In this document: piece after piece, positions 1 to 8,130 of the stretch | Numbering within the stretch: position 1 is the stretch's first letter | Layout: each line of letters begins with the position of its first letter | Source: Antedon mediterranea | Taxonomy: Eukaryota; Animalia; Echinodermata | Direction of reading: 5' to 3' | NCBI RefSeq assembly: GCF_964355755.1 | Contig: NC_092677.1 | Location: 21,003,075-21,067,074, forward strand | DNA length: 64,000 bases | Program-made: the position numbers and the translations under genes | The notes under the pieces: generated by a model | Database searches by the model: none | Seen by the model: only the letters and a program-made list of their open reading frames with translations | What the model was told of the DNA's origin: nothing

Positions 1-3000
1 CCGAAAAAACAACATAAAAACACCAAAGTGCTCAGAATACCTTCAAATCGCATTTGGAGACGTTTTAGACCATTTTGTGATTTTGGAAAAAACTTGTTAA
101 CATAAAAACACCAAAGTGCTCAGAATACCTTCAAATCGTATTTTGAGACGTTTTAGACAATTTTGTGATTTTCGAAAAAACTTGTTAACATAAAAACACC
201 AAAGTGCTTAGAAAAGCTTCAAATCGCATTTGGAGACGTTTTAGACCATTTTGTGATTTTCGAAAAAACTTGTTAACATAAAAACACCAAAGTGCTCAGA
301 ATACCTTCAAATCGTATTTTGAGACGTTTTAGACAATTTTGTGATTTTCGAAAAAACTTGTTAACATAAAAACACCAAAGTGCTTAGAAAAGCTTCAAAT
401 CGCATTTGGAGACGTTTTAGACCATTTTGTGATTTTCGAAAAAACTTGTTAACATAAAAACACCAAAGTGCTCAGAATACCTTCAAATCGTATTTTGAGA
501 CGTTTTAGACAATTTTGTGATTTTCGAAAAAACTTGTTAACATAAAAACACCAAAGTGCTTAGAAAAGCTTCAAATCGCATTTGGAGACGTTTTAGACCA
601 TTTTGTGCATTTCGATGAAACTTGGTTACACAAAAACATCAAAGTGCTTAAAATCACATTTTGAGCATTTCGTTAAAACTTTTCACACAAAAACATCAAA
701 GAGCAAAAAATAGCTTAATATCGTATTTAAAAACGTTTTAGACCATTTTGAGCATTTCGACAAAACTTTTTCACACAAAACATCAAAGTGTACAAAATAG
801 CTTCAAATCGCATTTGGAGACGTTTTAGACAATTTTGTGATTTTCGAAAAAACTTGTTTACATAAAAACACCAAAGTGCTAAGAATAGCTTCCAATCGCA
901 TTTGGAGACGTTTTAGACCCTTTTGTGCATTTCGATGAAACTTGGTTACACAAAAACATCAAAGTGCTTAAAATCACATTAGAAACCGTTTTAGAACATT
1001 TTGAGCATTTCGTTAAAATTTTTCACAGAAAAACATCAAAGAGCAAAAAATAGCTTAATATCGTATTTAAAAACGTTTTAGACCATTTTGAGCATTTCGA
1101 CAAAACTTTTTCACACAAAACAACAAAGTGTACAGAATAGCTTCAAATCGCATTTGGAGACGTTTTAACCCATTTTGAGCATTTCGATAAAATTTTACAC
1201 ACAAAAACATCAAAGTGCACAAAATAGCTTAATATGGTATTTAAAAACGTTTTAGACCATTTTGAGCATTTCAACAAAACTTTTTCTCACAAAACATCAA
1301 AGTGTACAGAATAGCTTCAAATCGCATTTGGAGACGTTTTAGACCATTTTGTGCATTTCGATGAAACTTGGTTACACAAAAACATCAAAGTGCTTAAAAT
1401 CACATTTTGAGCATTTCGTTAAAACTCTTCACACAAAAACATCAAAGTCCACAAAATAGCTTAATATCGTATTTAAAAACGTTTTAGACCATTTTGAGCA
1501 TTTCGAAAAAACTTTTCCACACAAAACATCAAAGTTTACAAAATAGCTTCAAATCGCATTTGGAGACGTTTTAGACCATTTTGTGATTTTCGAAAAAACT
1601 TGTTAACATAAAAACACCAAAGTGCTCAGAATACCTTCAAATCGCATTTGGAGACGTTTTAGACCCTTTTGTGCATTTCGATGAAACTTGGTTACACAAA
1701 AACATCAAAGTGCTTAAAATCACATTAGAAACCGTTTTAGACCATTTTGAGCATTTCGTTAAAATTTTTCACAGAAAAACATCAAAGAGCAAAAAATAGC
1801 TTAATATCGTATTTAAAAACGTTTTAGACCATTTTGAGCATTTCGACAAAACTTTTTCACACAAAACATCAAAGTGTACAGAATAGCTTCAAATCGCATT
1901 TGGAGACGTTTTAACCCATTTTGAGCATTTCGATAAAATTTTACACACAAAAACATCAAAGTGCACAAAATAGCTTAATATGGTATTTAAAAACGTTTTA
2001 GACCATTTTGAGCATTTCAACAAAACTTTTTCTCGCAAAACATCAAAGTGTACAGAATAGCTTCAAATCGCATTTGGAGACGTTTTAGACCATTTTGTGC
2101 ATTTCGATGAAACTTGGTTACACAAAAACATCAAAGTGCTTAAAATCACATTTTGAGCATTTCGTTAAAACTTTTCACACAAAAACATCAAAGTCCACAA
2201 AATAGCTTAATATCGTATTTAAAAACGTTTTAGACCATTTTGAGCATTTCGAAAAAACTTTTCCACACAAAACATCAAAGTTTACAAAATAGCTTCAAAT
2301 CGCATTTGGAGACGTTTTAGACCATTTTGTGATTTTCGAAAAAACTTGTTAACATAAAAACACCAAAGTGCTCAGAATACCTTCAAATCGTGTTTTGAGA
2401 CGTTTTAGACCATTTTGTAATTTTCGAAAAAACTTGTTAACATAAAAACACCAAAGTGCTCAGAATACCTTCACATCGCATTTTGAGACGTTTTAGACCA
2501 TTTTGTGATTTTCGAAAAAACTTGTTAACATAAAAACACCAAAGTGCTTAGAAAAGCTTGAAATCGCATTTGGAGACGTTTTAGACCATTTTGTGCATTT
2601 CGATGAAACTTGGTTAAAGTGCTTAAAATCACATTTTGAGCATTTCGTTAAAACTTTTCACACAAAAACATCAAAGAGTAAAAAATAGCTTAATATCGTA
2701 TTTAAAAACGTTTTAGACCATTTTGAGCATTTCGACAAAATTTTTTCACACAAAACATCAAAGTGTACAGAATAGCTTTAAATCGCATTTGGAGACGTTT
2801 TAGACCATTTTGTTCATTTCGATGAAACAAAAACACAAAAACATCAAATTGCACAAAATGGCTTAATATGATATGGGAAAACGTTTTAGACCATTTTGAA
2901 CATTTCGTTAAAAGTTTTCACAAAAAAACATCAAAGTCCACAAAATAGCTTAATATCGTATTTAAAAACGTTTTAGACCATTTTGAGCATTTCGAAAAAA

Positions 3001-4755
3001 CTTTTTCACACAAAACATCAAAGTTTACAAAATAGCTTCAAATCGCATTTGGAGACGTTTTAGACCATTTTGTGATTTTCGAAAAAACTTGTTAACATAA
3101 AAACACCAAAGTGCTCAGAATACCTTCAAATCGCATTTTGAGACGTTTTAGACCATTTTGTGATTTTCGAAAAAACTTGTTAACATAAAAACACCAAAGT
3201 GCTCAGAATACCTTCAAATCGTGTTTTGAGACGTTTTAGACCATTTTGTGATTTTGGAAAAACTTGTTAACATAAAAACACCAAAGTGCTCAGAATACCT
3301 TCAAATCGCATTTGGAGACGTTTTAGACCATTTTGTGATTTTCGAAAAAACTTGTTAACATAAAAACACCAAAGTGCTCAGAAAAGCTTCAAATCGCAAT
3401 TGGAGACGTTTTAAACCATTTTGTTCATTTCGATGAAACTTGGTTACACAAAAACATCAAATTGCACAAAATGGCTTAATATGGTATGGGAAAACGTTTT
3501 AGACCATTTTGAACATTTCGAGAAAACTTTTTCACACAAAACTTCAAAGTGTACAGAATAGCTTCAAATCGCATTAGAAACCGTTTTAGACCATTTTGAG
3601 CATTTCGAAAAAAACTTTTTCACACAAAACATCAAAGTTTACAAAATAGCTTCAAATCGCATTTGGAGACGTTTTAGACCATTTTGTGATTTTCGAAAAA
3701 ACTTGTTAACATAAAAACACCAAAGTGCTCTGAATACCTTCAAATCGCATTTTGAGACGTTTTAGACCATTTTGTGATTTTCGAAAAAACTTGTTAACAT
3801 AAAAATACCAAAGTGCTCAGAATACCTTCAAATCGTGTTTTGAGACGTTTAAGACCATTTTGTGATTTTCGAAAAAACTTGTTAACATAAAAACACCAAA
3901 GTGCTCAGAATACCTTCAAATCGCATTTGGAGACGTTTTAGACCATTTTGTGATTTTCGAAAAAACTTGTTAACATAAAAACACCAAAGTGCTCAGAAAA
4001 GCTTCAAATCGCATTTGGAGACGTTTTAAACCATTTTGTTCATTTCGATGAAACTTGGTTACACAAAAACATCAAAGAGCACAAAAGTATTTAAAAACGT
4101 TTTAGACCATTTTGAGCATACCGACAAAACTTTTTCACACAAAACATCAAAGTGTACAGAATAGCTTTAAATCGCATTTGGAGACGTTTTAGACCATTTT
4201 GTAGTTTTCGAAAAAACTTGTTAACATAAAAACACAAAAGAGCTTCAAATCGCATTTGGAGACGTTTTAGACCCTTTTGTGCATTTCGATGAAACTTGGT
4301 TACACAAAAACATCAAAGTGCTTAAAATCACATTAGAAACCGTTTTAGACCATTTTGAGCATTTCGTTAAAACTTTTCACACAAAAACATCAAAGTCCAC
4401 AAAATAGCTTAATATCGTATTCAAAAACGTTTTAGACCATTTTGAGCATTTCGAAAAAACTTTTTCACACAAAACATCAAAGTTTACAAAATAGCTTCAA
4501 ATCGCATTTGGAGACGTTTTAGACCATTTTGTGATTTTCGAAAAAACTTGTTAACATAAAAACACCAAAGTGCTCAGAATACCTTCAAATCGCATTTTGA
4601 GACGTTTTAGACCATTTTGTGATTTTCAAAAAAACAACATAAAAACACCAAAGTGCTCAGAATACCTTCAAATCGCATTTGGAGACGTTTTAGACCATTT
4701 TGTGATTTTGGAAAAAACTTGTTAACATAAAAACACCAAAGTGCTCAGAATACCT
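1..4755 (+). repeat. Satellite DNA array, ~88-bp monomer (left segment)
   Basis: AACATAAAAACACCAAAGTG recurs at 11, 99 and 187 (period 88). Typical monomer: AACATAAAAACACCAAAGTGCTCAGAATACCTTCAAATCGCATTTGGAGACGTTTTAGACCATTTTGTGATTTTCGAAAAAACTTGTT. A second subfamily (ACACAAAACATCAAAG...CATTTTGAGCATTTCG) and deletion variants are interleaved. Confidence 0.98.
4751..4755 (+). other. Left target-site duplication TACCT
   Basis: Reads cagaa-TACCT-[TGTTG...]. The same 5-mer follows the element at 8126-8130. Uninterrupted monomers read cagaaTACCTtcaaatcg. Confidence 0.85.
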
Positions 4756-5599
4756 TGTTGAACCCACAAATGTGAAAATGCCCACAAATGTGAAAACAAC
4801 CACAAATGTGAAAACGCATCACCCACAAATGTGAAAACAACCACAAATGTGAAAACGCATCACCCACAAATGTGAAAACAACCACAAATGTGAAAACGCA
4901 TCAACCACAAATGTGAAAACAGCGCCCACAAATGTGAAAACGATCATCGCCCACAAATGTGATAACGCCCACAAATGTAAAAAAAAGAGAGACTTTTTCG
5001 CCCACAAATGTAAAAAAAATCAGATCAAATTTAATGCTAGATTCAGACAATATCATGATTGTATTGAGTTGTTTGTTCACGATACGTCTGTTAGGGTCGT
5101 CGTTAACACGTTGGATTATTATCATTTGCTGCTCGTGCGCGTGATATTTGCACGTTAACTCGTTTGTTTAATGAACGTAATAGTTCAAGACAATATTTGT
5201 TATTTGCTGCGCGCGTGCACCATACTTCAAGGTCAAGACCATGTTATATCATTGTTGCTTCTAGTGTGTGGTTGTTGGCTTACTATTATGTACGTATAGT
5301 TATAAGTCGATGTTCGTTATTTTTTTTGCGCGCGCACACGATACAACAAGGTCAAGGTTAAATTGCTACTTGTATGTAGTGTGTGGTTATTAACTCGTTG
5401 GCTTACTGTTATGTACGTATAGTTCCAAGTCGATGCTCGATTCGATGTTTTTGGGCGCGTACACGATACCTCAAGGTCAAGGTCATATCTATTGCTACTT
5501 GTGGTTGTTAACTCGTTGGCTTATTGTTATGTACGTATAGTTCCAAGTCGATGGTCGATTCGATGTTTTTTGTGCGCGTGCACGATACTACAAGGTCAT
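4756..5599 (+). repeat. Left terminal inverted repeat arm (~845 bp; inner boundary approximate)
   Basis: Reverse complement of ~7281-8125. For example 5021 CAGATCAAATTTAATGCTAGATTCAGACAA matches ~7827-7856, and 5575 GCGCGTGCACGATACTACAAGGTCA matches ~7281-7305. Mirrored ORFs 5164..5361(+) and 7522..7707(-) both begin MFNERNSSRQYLLFAA. Confidence 0.92.
4764..5011 (+). repeat. Subterminal array of 12 CCACAAATGT boxes (left arm)
   Basis: Boxes at about 4764, 4782, 4800, 4823, 4841, 4864, 4882, 4905, 4926, 4951, 4969 and 5002. Spacing mostly alternates 18 and 23 bp. Confidence 0.95.
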
Positions 5600-5700
5600 A
5601 TATCATTGCTGCTTGAAGTGCAGTTGGGCTTACTATATTAGTATTATGTACGTATTATAGCTCCAAGTCGATGCTCGGTGTACACGATACTACAAGATCA
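5210..5700 (+). repeat. Internal ~120-bp tandem repeat (about 4 copies plus a partial), left arm
   Basis: GTACGTAT recurs at ~5290, 5413, 5531 and 5648. The unit also carries CGCGTGCACGATAC..CAAGGTCA, TTGGCTTA and CAAGTCGATG. Confidence 0.9.
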
Positions 5701-7274
5701 ATGCTATACTCGTCGTTCAGTTATTGCAGTAGTTCCTAATGTTCAATTTTTTTACAAAACTGTAACCACAAGATAATAATACAACAGCTAGAGCAAGAAC
5801 AACTAATACAAGAATATTTCTTTATTTTAGAGCGATAAACAAATTGTAACATAGAATAATACCGTAACACCAATATCCAACCAAACATAATACACGATAC
5901 GATAGTATCAAACTTGTCACGAACATGTATTCTATAAAACATACTATGAAATCTATAACAATTATACTAATGGACAAAACTTCCTACTATACTACTATTT
6001 ACATTCGTGATTTAATCTGATGCTTATTGTTTAATCTGTAAATCTATTTTTAGCGGATAATTATAAAGATATACGGAGAATAATATTACCTATTGAATGC
6101 ATTAAAATTTAACTTTAAGCGCGATGTTGAAAGGCTATACACACCTGCTCCAACTTAACTATCTCAATATTTGACACGGAGATTGGTAATAATATTAGTC
6201 CCATATTTATAAATAATAGATATAACTTGCAAGTTATGTAGATAATAAATATTAAAAATTTTCCATTTCTTAAAATGATGAAGAATATACAATTAAGCAA
6301 AATAATACTAATTTATGATAATGATAGATTTGTACTTTTAAATATTTTTTTCAACACAAATATATTGAGCAATAGGCGGATTTACACACAAATAGTAGCT
6401 ACTGTACCTTAATTTCTGTTTATTCCTATCCGATATAGTTTAATAATATGTATTTTTTTTGCAATCACATCCTCACCTTTCTGTAAACTTCCAACACAGT
6501 TTCGTGTTTACAGTTTCGTCGGTAATCACTACAGTTTTAAAATTGATGTTAATTTATATTATTAAACACCATAATTTTACAGAAGTTTAGGTTTAGATTT
6601 AGGTTTAAACAAGAACTATTTCTTACAAAAAACGCCGCCGTAAACAGATTTATTTATCAACTGGAAAATTATTACTTTATGTTAAACCACAAAAATACAT
6701 ACACAATTGATATAAATACCTTAGTTTGTCTATGTATTTTTTATAACAAAGGTAAAAGTGAACGAAAGGAAGACCAAGCAAGACCAGAGCTCGACCCAAT
6801 TAGTCACCTAAATACATTAAAATAAATTGGAATTTATTATGTGCCTTGTTATTTATATATACACACCACATACAGTATATCTTTAATTTTGTTAAATAAT
6901 TTATTTAAATCTTTATGTTTATGTGTAATTAAAAGGTAGTTCTGATATAAATTAATTAAACACATAAAAGCATTGAATTGATAATGGTGTCAATTTCTAT
7001 TTCAAGCATAAAACATCAAGGGGTGGAAATGTCGGGATGTCTTGCCTTAGACATCTTGCTGGGGAATCCCTACTGTGTGTGTACAGACATTAGATTATAG
7101 ACAATAGAAATAATAATAATAATTTGTGGATTTTACAGCTTCTTCTTCTTTTAAATTTAATACTGCACACAATATAATAAAAAAAAACACAAACTACAAC
7201 ATTGTCATTATTGTCTACCAACAAAATGTCTAATTTCACAGAACTTTCGTTATACATCATCCACCGACACTGTA
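5701..7274. other. AT-rich, apparently non-coding central spacer of the foldback element
   Basis: Unique sequence between the arms. Only 61-74 aa low-complexity ORFs, with no recognisable DDE transposase or integrase motif by eye. Confidence 0.7.
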
Positions 7275-7660
7275 TAACCTTGACCTTGTAGTATTGTGCA
7301 CGCGCGCAAAACATCGAACTTCGACTTGAAACTATACGTACATATCAGTAAGCCAACGAGTTAACAACCACACACCACAAGTAGCAATGGTATACAAGTC
7401 ATGACCTTTGTAGTATCGTGCACGCGCACAAAAAACATCGAATCGAACATCGACTTGAACTATACGTACATAACAGTAAGCCAACGAGTTAATAACCACA
7501 TAACTACATACAAGTAGCAATTTAACCTTGACCTTTTAGTATCGTGTGCACGCGCAAAAAAACATCGAACATCGACTTATAAACTATACGTACATAAATA
7601 ATAGTAAGCCAACAACCGCACACTAGAAGCAACAATGATATAACATGGCCTTGACCTTGC
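7275..7660 (-). repeat. Internal ~120-bp tandem repeat (about 3 copies plus a partial), right arm
   Basis: ATACGTAC at ~7334, 7462 and 7586; TGACCTT at ~7281, 7402, 7529 and 7652. Reverse complement of the left-arm repeat. Confidence 0.9.
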
Positions 7661-8125
7661 GCAGCAAATAACAAATATTGTCTTGAACTATTACGTTCAT
7701 TAAACAAACGAGTTAACGTGCAAATATCGCGCGCATGAGCAGCAAATTATAATAATCCAACGTGTTAACGACGACCCTAACAGACGTATCGTGAACAAAC
7801 AACTCAATACAATCATGATATAATGTTTGTCTGAATCTAGCATTAAATTTGATCTGATTTTTTTTTTTACATTTGTGGCCGAAAAATTCTCATTTTTTTT
7901 TACATTTGTGGGCGTTATCACATTTGTGGGCGATGATCGTTTTCACATTTGTGGGCGCTGTTTATTACATTTGTGGTTGATGCGTTTTCACATTTGTGGT
8001 TGTTTTCACATTTGTGGGTGATGCGTTTTCACATTTGTGGTTGTTTTCACATTTGTGGGTGATGCGTTTTCACATTTGTGGTTGTTTTCACATTTGTGGG
8101 CGTTTTTACATTTGTGGGTTCAACA
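7281..8125 (-). repeat. Right terminal inverted repeat arm (~845 bp; inner boundary approximate)
   Basis: Reverse complement of 4756-5599 with scattered substitutions and small indels. Confidence 0.92.
7869..8117 (-). repeat. Subterminal array of 12 ACATTTGTGG boxes (right arm)
   Basis: 12 copies counted. The outermost box ends 8 bp from the terminus, mirroring the left arm. Confidence 0.95.
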
Positions 8126-8130
8126 TACCT
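8126..8130 (+). other. Right target-site duplication TACCT
   Basis: Reads [...CAACA]-TACCT-tcaaatcgtattttgag and matches 4751-4755. Confidence 0.85.

Larger units (their letters stand above)
4756..8125. mobile_element. Non-autonomous foldback (long-TIR) DNA transposon, 3370 bp, TGT...ACA termini
   Basis: Perfect 18-bp terminal inverted repeat TGTTGAACCCACAAATGT / ACATTTGTGGGTTCAACA, extending as ~845-bp imperfect inverted arms. Flanking direct duplication of satellite sequence, and the satellite resumes in exact register. No transposase ORF in the six-frame track. Confidence 0.93.

Noticed and set aside
610-626. CENP-B-box-like TTTCGATGAAACTTGGT
   Set aside because: Matches TTCG, A and GG but lacks the essential CGGG of NTTCGNNNNANNCGGGN; partial matches are expected by chance.
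4764-5011. CRISPR-like short repeat array
   Set aside because: Repeat core is only 10-16 bp, spacers are short and themselves repeated, the array is mirrored at the other end, and there are no cas genes.
6586-6607. Telomere-like TTTAGG TTTAGA TTTAGG TTTA
   Set aside because: Under four imperfect units in AT-rich DNA; too short to call an interstitial telomere.
6911-6970. Imperfect inverted repeat (TTTATGTGTAATTAA / TTAATTAAACACATAAA) as a nested MITE
   Set aside because: Short, gapped, almost all A/T, and no TSD found.
4756-8125. Solo LTR or Polinton/Maverick interpretation of the insertion
   Set aside because: TG...CA with a 5-bp TSD fits LTRs, but ~845-bp inverted arms do not and there are no direct LTRs or PBS/PPT. 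Polintons typically have AG...CT ends, 6-bp TSDs and large coding capacity.
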